In this document: one piece after another, positions 1 to 11,057 of the stretch | Layout of the letters: each line of letters starts with the position of its first letter | Position numbering within the stretch: the stretch's first letter is position 1 | Sequence record: PV189403.1 | DNA: 59,532 bases | Direction: 5' to 3' (one strand) | Origin: Escherichia phage vB_EcoP_phi315 | Program-made: the position numbers and the translations under genes | Notes under the pieces: generated by a model | What the model was told of the DNA's origin: nothing | Seen by the model: the letters and a program-made list of their open reading frames with translations, nothing else | Database searches by the model: none

Positions 1-1707
1 ATGACATTCCGGAAGAATGAACCGCGATGTGATGAGCCGTCAGAAATGACCGAGGCTGAACAACGTCTGTTCATCATGACTAAACTGAGCAATCCCTGGT
101 GGCGGCTCAATCATCTCTACAAAATACAGAACGAAAAAGGTGAACTGGTCACCTTCAGAATGCGACCGGCGCAGCGCCAGTTGTTCCGGAGCATGCACAA
201 TAAAAATATTATCCTGAAAGCGCGCCAGCTGGGATTTTCCACAGCCATTGATATTTATCTTCTCGACCAGGCATTATTCATTCCGCATCTCAAATGCGGG
301 ATCGTCGCTCAGGATAAACAGGCTGCCAGTGAAATTTTCCGCACAAAAATTGCTGTACCGTTTGATCATCTCCCTGACTGGCTGAGAGCCTCATTCACCA
401 TCGTTGAACGTCGTAGCGGTGCCAGCGGTGGCTATATCCTGTTTGGTCACGGCTCGAGTATCCAGGTGGCAACCTCATTCCGTTCAGGTACGGTGCAGCG
501 CCTGCATATCTCAGAGCACGGCAAAATTTGCGCGAAATATCCGGCTAAGGCGAAAGAACTGCGAACCGGTACGCTTAATGCCGTCTCTGATGAATGCATT
601 ATTTTTGATGAGTCCACTGCTGAAGGCGTGGGTGGTGATTTTTACGAGATGAGTAACCGAGCACAGGAGATCACTGCATCAGGCTTATTGCTGACGGCAC
701 AGGATTATAAATTCCATTTTTACGCCTGGTGGCAGGATCCTAAATACAGCGCCAGAGTGCCGGAAAGCGGGCTGAAGCTGTCACGGGAAAAAATGACGTA
801 TTTTTCTGCGGTTGAGAAGGCAATGAACATCACGCTTACTGATGAACAGAAGCAGTGGTACATCAATAAGGAAACTGAACAGCGTGAGGAAATGAAGCAG
901 GAGTTTCCCTCAACGCCACAGGAGGCGTTTCTGACGTCCGGACGACGTGTGTTCAGTGCCGAAAGTACGTTGCAGGCAGAATCATTCTGTTCGCCACCGA
1001 TGATTGTTTATGACATTGAACCTGTTACAGGAGCGAAGACTAAAGCTCAGTCTCTGCGTGAAGGAAATAAAAACGAGTTGCAGCGGACGCTGATGAATTA
1101 TCTGCTGGTATGGGAACTGCCGGATCCGGATGAAGAGTATGTTTGTGGGGCAGATACTGCCGAAGGGCTGGAGCACGGAGACCGCTCATCGCTGGATGTT
1201 GTCAAACGCAGTAATGGCGAGCAGGTGGCTCACTGGTTCGGGCATCTCGATGCTGAACTTTTTGCTCATCTCATTTCGCAGGTCTGTCGTATGTATAACA
1301 ACGCGTTTGTGGGGCCGGAGCGTAATAATCACGGACATGCAGTTATCCTGAAACTCCGGGAACTCTATCCGACACGTTATATCTACAACGAACAGCATCT
1401 TGACCAGGCATATGACGACGATACGCCCCGCCTTGGCTGGCTGACAACCCGTCAGAGCAAACCTGTTCTGACCGAAGGAATGAAAACGCTTCTGAATAAT
1501 GGAATATCAGGGATCCGCTGGTCAGGCACATTATCGGAAATGAACACCTACGTTTATGACGCGAAAGGCTCCATGAATGCACAGGAAGGCTGCTTTGATG
1601 ATCAGCTCATGAGCTACATGATTGCCCAGGAGATGCGCGCCAGAATGCCGGTGAGGGTAAAACAGAAAACGGATAAACGCAGAACCACACACTGGATGGC
1701 ACACTGA
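1..1707 (+). CDS. terminase large subunit
   Basis: 568-aa ORF starting with ATG at nt 1, directly after the terS-like ORF by wrap-around and before the portal gene (ATGA overlap at 1707). Size and position typical of TerL. Confidence 0.75.
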   Translation: MTFRKNEPRCDEPSEMTEAEQRLFIMTKLSNPWWRLNHLYKIQNEKGELVTFRMRPAQRQLFRSMHNKNIILKARQLGFSTAIDIYLLDQALFIPHLKCGIVAQDKQAASEIFRTKIAVPFDHLPDWLRASFTIVERRSGASGGYILFGHGSSIQVATSFRSGTVQRLHISEHGKICAKYPAKAKELRTGTLNAVSDECIIFDESTAEGVGGDFYEMSNRAQEITASGLLLTAQDYKFHFYAWWQDPKYSARVPESGLKLSREKMTYFSAVEKAMNITLTDEQKQWYINKETEQREEMKQEFPSTPQEAFLTSGRRVFSAESTLQAESFCSPPMIVYDIEPVTGAKTKAQSLREGNKNELQRTLMNYLLVWELPDPDEEYVCGADTAEGLEHGDRSSLDVVKRSNGEQVAHWFGHLDAELFAHLISQVCRMYNNAFVGPERNNHGHAVILKLRELYPTRYIYNEQHLDQAYDDDTPRLGWLTTRQSKPVLTEGMKTLLNNGISGIRWSGTLSEMNTYVYDAKGSMNAQEGCFDDQLMSYMIAQEMRARMPVRVKQKTDKRRTTHWMAH

Positions 1708-3851
1708 TGAAAAATGAAATTAACACCACAGCGATGAAAAACGATCATGGATCCACGCCGCGTTTTTCTCAGCGTCAGTTACTGTCTCTCTGTTCTGATA
1801 TTGACAGTCAGCCTCTCTGGCGTGATGCCGCAAACAAGGCCTGTGCGTATTATGATGGCGACCAGCTGGCACCGGAAGTTATCCAGGTACTGAAAGATCG
1901 CGGTCAGCCCATGACCATCCATAACCTCATTGCCCCCACGGTAGATGGTGTACTGGGAATGGAGGCAAAAACAAGAACGGACCTGATAGTGATGTCAGAC
2001 GATCCGAACGATGAAACAGAGAAACTGGCAGAGGCCATTAATGCGGAGTTTGCTGATGCGTGCCGTCTTGGCAACATGAATAAGGCCCGCTCCGATGCCT
2101 ATGCGGAACAAATCAAGGCGGGCCTCAGTTGGGTGGAGGTCAGACGAAACAGTGATCCGTTCGGGCCTGAATTTAAGGTGTCTACTGTCAGCCGGAATGA
2201 GGTTTTCTGGGACTGGCTGAGCCGGGAGGCTGATTTAAGTGACTGCCGCTGGCTGATGCGTCGCCGCTGGATGGATACCGATGAGGCAAAAGCTACATTC
2301 CCGGGAATGGCTCAGGTTATCGATTATGCCATTGATGACTGGCGTGGTTTTGTCGATACCACGGTTACTGAAGGCCAGCCCAGTCCGTTGATGAGTGCAT
2401 GGGAAGAGTATCAGTCATGGGATCGACAGCAGAACGAATGGCTTCAGCGTGAACGCCGTCGTGTGCTGCTTCAGGTGGTTTATTACCGTACATTCGAGCG
2501 TCTTCCGGTGATTGAACTCAGTAATGGACGGGTGGTGGCCTTTGATAAAAATAATCTGATGCAGGCGGTAGCTGTGGCATCCGGGCGGGTTCAGGTGAAA
2601 GTCGGGCGGGTAAGCCGTATTCGTGAAGCCTGGTTTGTCGGGCCGCACTTTATTGTGGATCGCCCCTGTAGTGCTCCGCAGGGGATGTTTCCGCTGGTTC
2701 CTTTCTGGGGATACCGAAAGGATAAAACCGGGGAGCCATACGGGCTAATTTCCCGCGCCATTCCGGCACAGGATGAGGTGAATTTTCGTCGTATCAAGCT
2801 GACCTGGTTGCTTCAGGCCAAACGTGTGATTATGGACGAGGATGCCACCCAGTTGTCAGACAACGACCTGATGGAGCAGCTCGAACGTCCGGATGGCATT
2901 ATTAAACTGAATCCGGTCCGAAAAAATCAGAAAAGTGTCGCAGATGTTTTTCGGGTTGAGCAGGATTTTCAGGTTGCCAGCCAGCAGTTTCAGGTCATGC
3001 AGGAATCGGAAAAACTTATCCAGGATACCATGGGAGTGTATTCCGCATTTCTCGGGCAGGATTCAGGTGCGACGTCAGGCGTGGCTATCAGTAACCTGGT
3101 GGAGCAGGGGGCCACAACCCTTGCGGAAATCAACGATAACTACCAGTTTGCCTGCCAGCAGGTGGGAAGACTGTTGCTGGCTTATCTTCTCGATGACCTG
3201 AAAAAACGCCGTAATCATGCAGTGGTGATTAATCGCGATGATCGCCAGCGTCGCCAGACCATTGTCCTCAATGCTGAAGGTGATAATGGTGAACTGACCA
3301 ATGATATTTCAAGGTTAAATACACATATTGCGCTGGCTCCTGTTCAGCAGACACCGGCGTTTAAGGCACAGCTTGCACAGAGAATGTCAGAGGTTATTCA
3401 GGGGCTGCCGCCTCAGGTGCAGGCTGTTGTGCTCGACCTGTGGGTTAATCTTCTGGATGTGCCGCAGAAACAGGAGTTTGTTGAGCGTATTCGTGCTGCG
3501 CTGGGGACGCCAAAATCACCGGATGAAATGACGCCGGAAGAACAGGAAGTAGCGGCACAACAACAGGCACTTCAGCAACAACAGGCAGAACTCCAGATGC
3601 GCGAGATGGCTGGCAGAGTGGCAAAACTGGAAGCTGACGCCGCCAGGGCACATGCAGCTGCACAACGGGATAATGCCAGTGCACAGCGGGAAGTCGCCCT
3701 GACACAGGGGCAGCGTTATGTGGATGCGCTTAACCAGGCACATACGGCAGAAATCATTACCGGCGTACAGAATATGGAACAGGAGCAGGACGTTCTTCAG
3801 CAACAGATGCTGTATACGTTACAACAGCGGATGAATGAAATGTCGCTCTGA
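1707..3851 (+). CDS. portal protein
   Basis: 714-aa ORF between TerL and scaffold; Gln/Ala-rich coiled-coil C-terminus as in podoviral portals. Called by size and position. Confidence 0.7.
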   Translation: MKNEINTTAMKNDHGSTPRFSQRQLLSLCSDIDSQPLWRDAANKACAYYDGDQLAPEVIQVLKDRGQPMTIHNLIAPTVDGVLGMEAKTRTDLIVMSDDPNDETEKLAEAINAEFADACRLGNMNKARSDAYAEQIKAGLSWVEVRRNSDPFGPEFKVSTVSRNEVFWDWLSREADLSDCRWLMRRRWMDTDEAKATFPGMAQVIDYAIDDWRGFVDTTVTEGQPSPLMSAWEEYQSWDRQQNEWLQRERRRVLLQVVYYRTFERLPVIELSNGRVVAFDKNNLMQAVAVASGRVQVKVGRVSRIREAWFVGPHFIVDRPCSAPQGMFPLVPFWGYRKDKTGEPYGLISRAIPAQDEVNFRRIKLTWLLQAKRVIMDEDATQLSDNDLMEQLERPDGIIKLNPVRKNQKSVADVFRVEQDFQVASQQFQVMQESEKLIQDTMGVYSAFLGQDSGATSGVAISNLVEQGATTLAEINDNYQFACQQVGRLLLAYLLDDLKKRRNHAVVINRDDRQRRQTIVLNAEGDNGELTNDISRLNTHIALAPVQQTPAFKAQLAQRMSEVIQGLPPQVQAVVLDLWVNLLDVPQKQEFVERIRAALGTPKSPDEMTPEEQEVAAQQQALQQQQAELQMREMAGRVAKLEADAARAHAAAQRDNASAQREVALTQGQRYVDALNQAHTAEIITGVQNMEQEQDVLQQQMLYTLQQRMNEMSL

Positions 3852-3872
3852 AAACTCTGGCTTCAACTGAAC

Positions 3873-3897
3873 CCCGTCATCGTACGGGGTTTTTTGT
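3873..3897 (+). terminator. intrinsic terminator after portal gene
   Basis: CCCCGT / ACGGGG 6-bp stem followed by TTTTTTGTTT. Confidence 0.55.
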
Positions 3898-4008
3898 TTC
3901 CGGAGGTAAGCGTTCCGGGAGCGGTGCGCTTATTCGCGGGGGCAGCGATAAGCCTTATTTACTCAACCATTCGGATCTGTCCGATAAACAGACCATGCGG
4001 AGTTATTT

Positions 4009-5016
4009 ATGGATTTTGAATTTACGGGTGAAGAAACCCCGGAACAACTGGAAAAAATGCTGGAAGGACTTGGGGATGTGGATATTGACAGTCACGCACA
4101 GGACGTCGTGACGGAAGATACCACGGAAAAACATGCGGATGAGGAAGCACAGACTCAGACGGGCGAAAACAATGTGGCACCGACGCCGGATGCCAGTGTG
4201 GAGCAGACGCAGGACGTGAAGGAGCCGGAAGCGAAGGGGGTGCTCACCCGCGACGGTAAACACGTTATTCCCTATGAAGTCCTTGAGGCTGAACGTTCCG
4301 GTAAGCAACGGGCCGAACAGGAAGCCGCACTTCTTCGTGGGCAGATAGCTGAAGAAAAACGCAGGGTGGAACTGCTGACGTCTCAGATCCACCAGGCCGG
4401 TATGAAGCCCACACCGTTACCGGAAAACGAAAAAATTTCTGATGAGCAGATTGCCCGTATCAGGGAGATGTATCCGGAAATTGGTGACGCGGTGGCTTCG
4501 CTCATCCGTAAAAATAACTATCTCCAGTCCCGTGTTCAGCAATCAACACAGCAGGCAGAAGGTAATGGTGGTGAGGATTTATCACCGGTTCTTGATGCGA
4601 TGAATGCCGTGCCGGTGCTGAAAACGTGGCAGGAGTCCGATCCGGATCGCTTCTCGGTTGCCGTATCCATCGACGGGAAGCTCCAGAATGACCCCGCATG
4701 GAAAGACAAAACGCTCACTGAACGTTTCGCTGAAGTGGCCCGTCGTACGCAGGTTGCTTTCGGTGAAGTCAGTGAGTCGTCTGCTGACAACAAGGCAGAC
4801 AAAACGGATATCCGGAAAACGGCGGAAGAGAAAGTGAAGACCGCTGAACAGGAGCAGGCAGTACCTGCTTCCCCGTCAGATTTAGGCACCACGGCCTCCG
4901 TCGGAATCGGTGATAATTTTGAACGGTTACTTGGTGCTTCTCATTCAGAGGCAGAGGCGATTATGCGTGGTATGACGAATGCTGAAATAGACGCACTTCT
5001 GGAGAAGCTAGGGTAA
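4009..5016 (+). CDS. scaffolding protein (putative)
   Basis: 335-aa highly acidic, helix-prone (E/A/K/Q-rich) protein between portal and coat genes. Confidence 0.55.
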   Translation: MDFEFTGEETPEQLEKMLEGLGDVDIDSHAQDVVTEDTTEKHADEEAQTQTGENNVAPTPDASVEQTQDVKEPEAKGVLTRDGKHVIPYEVLEAERSGKQRAEQEAALLRGQIAEEKRRVELLTSQIHQAGMKPTPLPENEKISDEQIARIREMYPEIGDAVASLIRKNNYLQSRVQQSTQQAEGNGGEDLSPVLDAMNAVPVLKTWQESDPDRFSVAVSIDGKLQNDPAWKDKTLTERFAEVARRTQVAFGEVSESSADNKADKTDIRKTAEEKVKTAEQEQAVPASPSDLGTTASVGIGDNFERLLGASHSEAEAIMRGMTNAEIDALLEKLG

Positions 5017-5039
5017 CTTACTGAAGGAGTACTGAAGTA

Positions 5040-6254
5040 ATGACGACTGTAACATCAGCCCAGGCGAATAAGCTGTATCAGGTGGCGCTTTTTACTGCTG
5101 CCAACCGCAACCGCTCGATGGTTAATATCCTTACTGAACAGCAGGAAGCGCCAAAAGCGGTTTCGCCGGACAAGAAAAGCACGAAGCAGACCAGCGCAGG
5201 TGCGCCGGTTGTCCGTATCACAGACCTTAACAAACAGGCCGGTGATGAAGTGACCTTCAGCATCATGCACAAACTCTCAAAACGTCCGACGATGGGAGAT
5301 GAGCGTGTTGAAGGTCGTGGTGAGGATCTCAGCCATGCTGACTTCTCCCTGAAAATCAATCAGGGACGTCACCTGGTGGATGCAGGCGGACGTATGAGTC
5401 AGCAGCGCACGAAGTTTAACCTGGCATCCTCAGCCAGAACGCTTCTGGGGACGTACTTTAATGACCTGCAGGACCAGTGTGCGATAGTGCATCTTGCTGG
5501 AGCTCGTGGTGATTTTGTTGCTGACGACACTATTCTGCCGACAGCGGAGCACCCTGAATTCAAAAAAATCATGATCAACGATGTACTGCCTCCGACACAT
5601 GACCGTCACTTTTTTGGCGGTGATGCGACAAGCTTTGAGCAGATTGAAGCGGCAGATATTTTTTCTATTGGCCTGGTGGACAATCTCTCCCTGTTCATTG
5701 ACGAAATGGCGCATCCGTTACAGCCGGTTCGTCTGTCCGGTGATGAACTTCACGGAGAAGATCCATATTACGTCCTGTACGTCACGCCGCGTCAGTGGAA
5801 TGACTGGTACACCTCGACGTCCGGTAAGGACTGGAACCAGATGATGGTTCGTGCCGTGAACCGTGCAAAAGGTTTTAATCATCCGCTGTTCAAAGGTGAA
5901 TGTGCGATGTGGCGCAATATACTGGTTCGTAAGTATGCGGGTATGCCGATACGTTTCTATCAGGGGTCAAAGGTTCTTGTATCAGAGAATAACCTGACGG
6001 CAACCACGAAAGAGGTCGCTGCTGCAACCAATATTGACCGCGCCATGTTACTGGGGGCTCAGGCGCTGGCAAATGCTTACGGTCAGAAGGCGGGCGGTCA
6101 CTTCAACATGGTTGAGAAGAAAACGGATATGGATAACCGTACTGAGATAGCAATCAGCTGGATCAACGGTCTGAAAAAAATCCGTTTCCCCGAGAAGAGC
6201 GGCAAGATGCAGGATCACGGTGTGATTGCCGTTGATACAGCAGTGAAGCTCTGA
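5040..6254 (+). CDS. major capsid protein (putative)
   Basis: 404-aa ORF directly after scaffold with a strong RBS; followed by a partial terminator as is common after coat genes. Confidence 0.6.
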   Translation: MTTVTSAQANKLYQVALFTAANRNRSMVNILTEQQEAPKAVSPDKKSTKQTSAGAPVVRITDLNKQAGDEVTFSIMHKLSKRPTMGDERVEGRGEDLSHADFSLKINQGRHLVDAGGRMSQQRTKFNLASSARTLLGTYFNDLQDQCAIVHLAGARGDFVADDTILPTAEHPEFKKIMINDVLPPTHDRHFFGGDATSFEQIEAADIFSIGLVDNLSLFIDEMAHPLQPVRLSGDELHGEDPYYVLYVTPRQWNDWYTSTSGKDWNQMMVRAVNRAKGFNHPLFKGECAMWRNILVRKYAGMPIRFYQGSKVLVSENNLTATTKEVAAATNIDRAMLLGAQALANAYGQKAGGHFNMVEKKTDMDNRTEIAISWINGLKKIRFPEKSGKMQDHGVIAVDTAVKL

Positions 6255-6270
6255 TTTTTCCTTTCCCCAT

Positions 6271-6293
6271 GCCGGGTTTTCGCCCGGCTTTTT
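6271..6293 (+). terminator. intrinsic terminator / attenuator after coat gene
   Basis: GCCGGG-ttttcg-CCCGGC hairpin followed by TTTTT. Confidence 0.5.
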
Positions 6294-6308
6294 CAGGAGT
6301 CATTAATT

Positions 6309-6698
6309 ATGGCAAAGACTATCCTTGCCCCGTCACTGAGTGAACGGGTCTATACGGGTACGCACGGTAATGAGTCGGTGGCAGAAGGCGTATTTACGGT
6401 GAATGCTGCGGAAGCGGACAGTGTTATTCATCTTCTCTCACTGCCAGTGGGCATCCGTATCAACTCACTCCAGCTGGTTTCAACGGGCGGTCTGGGTACT
6501 GCAACCGTCAGCATTAAGTCCGGTGAGCATGTTCTCATCGATAACAGCGAAGCTGTTTCTGCAAAATTTGCCAGATATGTGCCAGTGGAGCCGTACACCA
6601 CACAGCGTGACGGGGAGCTGGTTACTGTCACCATTAAGACTGCCGCTGCAACCGGCACCCTGAATGTTCTGCTGCGTTATACAGTGGTGGGATACTGA
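6309..6698 (+). CDS. hypothetical virion protein (possible head decoration)
   Basis: 129-aa ORF with RBS, directly downstream of coat; Gly/Thr/Val-rich, beta-rich composition. Confidence 0.45.
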   Translation: MAKTILAPSLSERVYTGTHGNESVAEGVFTVNAAEADSVIHLLSLPVGIRINSLQLVSTGGLGTATVSIKSGEHVLIDNSEAVSAKFARYVPVEPYTTQRDGELVTVTIKTAAATGTLNVLLRYTVVGY

Positions 6699-6747
6699 TT
6701 AAAACCTTCCGGCCCGCGTCATGCGGGCTTTTTATCCGGGGAATTAT

Positions 6748-7209
6748 ATGAGTGAGAAAATTGCCGTTGTCTATATCGGCCCAAAACCCGTGAAAAAGGA
6801 CACCATTACCGGAAGCCGCACATTGTTCCCACGTCTTGAGCCGGTGCATGTTGACAGTGCGATGGCCTGGCAACTGCTGGGGTTTCCGGATGTCTGGGTT
6901 CGTCATGAAGAGCTTGATGATGTTCTGAAAAAGCAACAACAGAATGAGCAGTTGCGGCGGGCACAGCAGGCGCAGGAAAGAGTGCTTGCTGCGCGGGCAG
7001 AAGCGGAGAACAGTTTTGTTGTTTCTGTTAACGGGCAGGAGGTGGATTTAAGTAAGCTCACCTCAGCACGGCTGGCGACGCTGTGTGAGGCAGAAGAGCT
7101 GGATATTCACAAAGACCCGAAAGAAACGGCTGAGGCATTCCGTATCCGGGTGCGTGAGGCATTTTGCCGTCGTGTTGCGGAGACTGAACAGCATGGCGGA
7201 ACTGAGTGA
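6748..7209 (+). CDS. hypothetical head-completion protein
   Basis: ATG at 6748 (MSEKIAVVYIG) with upstream GGGGAA; in-frame part of track ORF 6721..7209. Confidence 0.45.
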   Translation: MSEKIAVVYIGPKPVKKDTITGSRTLFPRLEPVHVDSAMAWQLLGFPDVWVRHEELDDVLKKQQQNEQLRRAQQAQERVLAARAEAENSFVVSVNGQEVDLSKLTSARLATLCEAEELDIHKDPKETAEAFRIRVREAFCRRVAETEQHGGTE

Positions 7210-7756
7210 TTTTTTACCGTATGTCCGTCGTCATATCAGCGGTCCACTGAACATTATGATGACGGATGCTCTGTCAATGGCTGCCGTGGCATTCAGCCGC
7301 CAGTCGTTGGTGTGCCGTCGGGAGGTTACTGTTGTACCAGTAGCAGGAAAAGAAATCGTGCTTCCGTATGACAAAGATGATGAGGAGTGCGTTCATATCA
7401 TCCGTATCTCTGACGATAATCATGAGCTTTTTGTCGGTCGGGATGTGGATATCAGCTCCGGACGCTCCCTGCGATTTGCCTGTTCTCCCGGTGAGGTGAG
7501 CGTGCTTTATGCCGTCGCTCCGAAAGCCGGACGCAGCCAGATACCGGATGAACTCCTCACATGGCCTGAAGAAGTGGCTGCGGGGGCACTTGAGCGGTTG
7601 TTCATGCAGACTGGTGTTTCATGGTCAGATCCGTTACGCGCACAGTATTTTTCTGTGCAGTTTTCTGAGGGGATCCGTCGGGCATATCGTCATACACTGG
7701 CGACAAGTCCGTACTCCTCATACCGCAATCCTGCCCGCAGACAAAGGTTTTACTGA
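7193..7756 (+). CDS. hypothetical head-tail connector protein
   Basis: Internal ATG at 7193 (MAELSDF) overlaps the stop of the preceding gene; track ORF 7085..7756 begins upstream inside that gene. Confidence 0.45.
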   Translation: MAELSDFLPYVRRHISGPLNIMMTDALSMAAVAFSRQSLVCRREVTVVPVAGKEIVLPYDKDDEECVHIIRISDDNHELFVGRDVDISSGRSLRFACSPGEVSVLYAVAPKAGRSQIPDELLTWPEEVAAGALERLFMQTGVSWSDPLRAQYFSVQFSEGIRRAYRHTLATSPYSSYRNPARRQRFY

Positions 7757-8406
7757 TGACGACGATTACTGAAATCATCGGACGAGTGAACACGCAACTG
7801 GTTGACCCGATGATGGTGCGCTGGCCTCTGGCTGAGCTGTGTGATTATTACAATGATGCTGTGCGGGCGGTGATTCTGGCAAGGCCGGATGCAGGCGCAA
7901 GTCTGGAAACGCTCAGTTGTGTCCCTGGCGCACGCCAGACTTTACCTGATGGCGCAATACAGCTTCTTGACGTGATATGCCTCAGCGATGGCAGTGCGAT
8001 TAAACCAGTATCCCGGGAGGTGCTTGATGCACAGTATCCCGACTGGCACATGCTGAGGGGAAAACCGGAATGCTTTATCAGCAGTGACCTTGCTCCGCGC
8101 GTGTTCTGGCTGTTTCCTGCACCGGAGGAGGCTGTGAGTGTTGATGCTGTGGTCAGCCGCATTCCGGAGGCGGTGTATGTTCTGACACAGGATGATGACA
8201 CGCCTGTACCGCTGGAAGAGGCTTATGTTAACCCGCTGGTTGACTGGATGTTGTTCCGCGCATTCAGTAAGGATGCTGCCGGTGGCGCAGAGTCAGGACT
8301 GGCAGCACAACATTATCAGAGTTTTGTTGAGCAGCTCGGGATTAAACAGGGGGCTGACAGTACATTGTCGGCCCGCAAGAAGGTGTTTAACGGAGGTGAA
8401 ATGTGA
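7756..8406 (+). CDS. hypothetical tail/neck protein
   Basis: 216-aa ORF coupled by ATGA overlap to the preceding gene and overlapping the tail fiber start. Confidence 0.45.
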   Translation: MTTITEIIGRVNTQLVDPMMVRWPLAELCDYYNDAVRAVILARPDAGASLETLSCVPGARQTLPDGAIQLLDVICLSDGSAIKPVSREVLDAQYPDWHMLRGKPECFISSDLAPRVFWLFPAPEEAVSVDAVVSRIPEAVYVLTQDDDTPVPLEEAYVNPLVDWMLFRAFSKDAAGGAESGLAAQHYQSFVEQLGIKQGADSTLSARKKVFNGGEM

Positions 8407-10424
8407 GTGTTGTTGTTTCGGGGACGCTGAAATCGCCTGATGGTCAGGTTGTATCAGATGCGAACATTACGCTGACGGCGCTGACTGTTTCACCGGATGC
8501 ACTCAGTGGCACCAGCGCGTCGGCAGTCACCACGTCAACAGGTTATTACGGCATGACGATGGAGCCGGGGGAGTATGCGGTTTCCGTAACGGTGAGAGGT
8601 AAAAGCCAGGTCTATGGCCGGGTACGCATTGACGGAACGGAAAGTTCGGTGACGCTCAACATGCTGCTGAGGCGCAGTCTGGTCGAGGTGAGTATCAGTG
8701 ATGAACTGCTGACAGATTTCCGGCAGATACAGAACAACGTTGCAGATGACCTTACCACTATCCGGGAACTGAAAGAAGAGTCAGTGAAGAACAACACCGG
8801 ACTCACGCAGGCCAGGGAAAGTGCGGAAGCCAGTGCCCGGTCGGCATCGGAGAGTGCTGCGACAGCAACGGCCCGCGCCGAAGAGACAGAACAGAAAGCA
8901 GAAGAGGCCAAAGCGTCTGCGACAAATGCGGCTGCGAGTGCGGAAGAGGCCAGACAGCACGCGGAAAATGCGCAGAGTGCACAGGCGACTGCCGAAGATG
9001 TCCTTGAGCGGGCAGAGGCCGCAGTAGTCAGCGCAGAGGAAGCCCGAAGCATGGCTGAGAATGCCAGAGGCCCCAAAGGTGATACCGGACCGAAAGGTGA
9101 TACGGGTCCTCGAGGGGAAACAGGTCCGGCGGGCCCTCAGGGGCCAACAGGTGCGCGCGGTGAGACAGGTCCTCAGGGTAGTGTCGGCCCGGCAGGTCCG
9201 CGGGGTGAGAAAGGCGAGCAGGGGGAGCGTGGACCACAGGGATTACAGGGGCTGAAAGGTGAAACCGGAGAACGTGGACCTCAGGGGGTACAGGGCCCGG
9301 CAGGCCCGACAGGAGCAACCGGACCGGCGGGTCCACGGGGTGAACGTGGTGAACAGGGCATACAGGGGCCAGCCGGAGCAACAGGACCTGTTGGGCCACA
9401 AGGAGAGCGCGGTATTCAGGGGCCTGCAGGTCCTGCGGGCCCGCGAGGTGAAACCGGAGCCAGAGGTGAAAAAGGAGACCCCGGGGACCCCGGCGGCCCA
9501 CCGGGACCAAAGGGTGATACCGGACCTGCTGGCCCTGCCGGTGAAAAAGGCGAACCCGGTGAGCGTGGGCCTCAGGGATTACAGGGGCCACCGGGTCCAG
9601 CCGGAGAGAGAGGGCCGACAGGCGAAGCCGGACCTGCGGGTCAACCGGGGCCCAAAGGAGACCCGGGTCCTGCTGGCCCACAGGGACCGGCGGGAGAGCG
9701 GGGACCTCAGGGGCCACAGGGTGTAGCTGGTCCTGTCGGCCCGGCAGGTGCAGCGGGCGCGAAAGGCGATAAAGGTGACCCCGGACCTGCTGGTCCTCAG
9801 GGGCAGCCCGGTCCTCAGGGACCTGCTGGCGAAACCGGACCCGCGGGTGAACCCGGGCCAAGAGGTGAGCCCGGTCCACAGGGACTTAAAGGTGACAGGG
9901 GCGAGCCAGGACCTACAGGCCCACAGGGACCGGCGGGAGAGCGGGGACCTCAGGGGCCACAGGGTGTAGCTGGTCCTGTCGGCCCTGCAGGCGAACCGGG
10001 AGCGAAAGGCGATAAAGGTGACCCCGGAGGAACCGAACTGCTTGCTTCAGCCAATACATGGACTCAACCACAAACTATTAATGGCGATTTGACGGTAACC
10101 GGAAACGGCTCATTTAACGATGTTCAGATCCGTTCGGATAAACGTAACAAGCGAAATGCAATACGAATAGATAATTGTCTGGAGAAGCTTGACCTGCTAA
10201 CGGGTTATTTGTATGAAATACAGAATGCTGATGGCAGTTGGCAACAATCTGTGGGATTATTTGCACAGGATGCGTTAAAGGCTCAACCAGAGTTAGTTAC
10301 ATCTGATACAGATATCATATCTGGAGAAGAGAGATTTCGATTAAATTATAATGGTGTTATTGCACTGTTAGTTGAAGGAATAAAAAATCTGCGTAAAGAG
10401 ATTAGCGACCTTAAAGAGAAATAA
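8403..10424 (+). CDS. tail fiber protein with collagen-like Gly-X-Y repeats and C-terminal intramolecular chaperone (peptidase S74-like) domain
   Basis: 673 aa: N-terminal fiber domain, ~320 aa of uninterrupted GXY triplets, then an S-D-x-R-x-K motif (IRSDKRNK) and GYLYE typical of self-cleaving chaperone domains. Confidence 0.75.
   Translation: MSVVVSGTLKSPDGQVVSDANITLTALTVSPDALSGTSASAVTTSTGYYGMTMEPGEYAVSVTVRGKSQVYGRVRIDGTESSVTLNMLLRRSLVEVSISDELLTDFRQIQNNVADDLTTIRELKEESVKNNTGLTQARESAEASARSASESAATATARAEETEQKAEEAKASATNAAASAEEARQHAENAQSAQATAEDVLERAEAAVVSAEEARSMAENARGPKGDTGPKGDTGPRGETGPAGPQGPTGARGETGPQGSVGPAGPRGEKGEQGERGPQGLQGLKGETGERGPQGVQGPAGPTGATGPAGPRGERGEQGIQGPAGATGPVGPQGERGIQGPAGPAGPRGETGARGEKGDPGDPGGPPGPKGDTGPAGPAGEKGEPGERGPQGLQGPPGPAGERGPTGEAGPAGQPGPKGDPGPAGPQGPAGERGPQGPQGVAGPVGPAGAAGAKGDKGDPGPAGPQGQPGPQGPAGETGPAGEPGPRGEPGPQGLKGDRGEPGPTGPQGPAGERGPQGPQGVAGPVGPAGEPGAKGDKGDPGGTELLASANTWTQPQTINGDLTVTGNGSFNDVQIRSDKRNKRNAIRIDNCLEKLDLLTGYLYEIQNADGSWQQSVGLFAQDALKAQPELVTSDTDIISGEERFRLNYNGVIALLVEGIKNLRKEISDLKEK
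9061..10020 (+). repeat. coding collagen-like GXY triplet repeat tract (GC-rich) with an internal ~100-bp duplication
   Basis: Continuous GGN-NNN-NNN periodicity; segment [25 protein letters not shown] occurs twice. Confidence 0.8.
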
Positions 10425-10499
10425 TAAAACAATCAGAGAACCATTAGTCTGAGGCAGAAGATAGTTGGTGTTATCGTCCGAATGACAGGAGGATGTTAA

Positions 10500-11045
10500 A
10501 TGGGGGTTGCTTCCGGATGGGTTGGCTCCTCTGCCGTTAGTGTAACTGGTGAAAGGTCAATGAAATCGGCAGGTGCCAAACTTAAGCTAAGTACACCGTT
10601 TTATATGTCGCAAATGGTTGGGAAAAGTGTACAGGACTTTTCTATCACTGTAGGTCGTTCAAATTTTGTTGTTTTAGTTCAGGCAACAAATATACAAATT
10701 GTTCCTGTAAACAATAACTATGGAGGGTATTCTAATAACTCAACAACGACAGGTGCTGGCTCTGCCGTTTCCAGCCGTGTGCAAACACAAAATCCGGCTG
10801 GTTCAATAAATGGTTCGTTGTTAGGTTGTTCAATTACGCATCTTTCTCAAACGCAAGACTCTACCAAGATGTATCTGGGCTTAACGAACGGGCCTAATCA
10901 AAACTTTACTCTATCATTTGATGGAACCAATATCTCATTCACACCATCATCATTTGCAAACAATACTCGGCATTATAGTGCAATAGTTTCTAAAAACTGG
11001 CTCTTTAATCAAAACGGAAAAACTATATCTGTTTATAAGGTTTAG
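10500..11045 (+). CDS. hypothetical Ser/Thr/Asn-rich protein (possible distal fiber/adhesin moron)
   Basis: 181-aa ORF with near-perfect RBS (AGGAGGA + 7 nt + ATG); AT-rich, low-complexity N/S/T tract. Confidence 0.5.
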   Translation: MGVASGWVGSSAVSVTGERSMKSAGAKLKLSTPFYMSQMVGKSVQDFSITVGRSNFVVLVQATNIQIVPVNNNYGGYSNNSTTTGAGSAVSSRVQTQNPAGSINGSLLGCSITHLSQTQDSTKMYLGLTNGPNQNFTLSFDGTNISFTPSSFANNTRHYSAIVSKNWLFNQNGKTISVYKV

Positions 11046-11057
11046 AAGGAGTTGATA

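Noticed and set aside
8612-9879. Long minus-strand ORFs (154 aa and 283 aa) and short plus-strand ORFs overlapping the collagen-repeat tract
   Set aside because: They are mirror-frame artefacts of the GC-rich GXY repeat (Pro/Arg-rich low-complexity translations), fully contained in the well-supported tail fiber gene.
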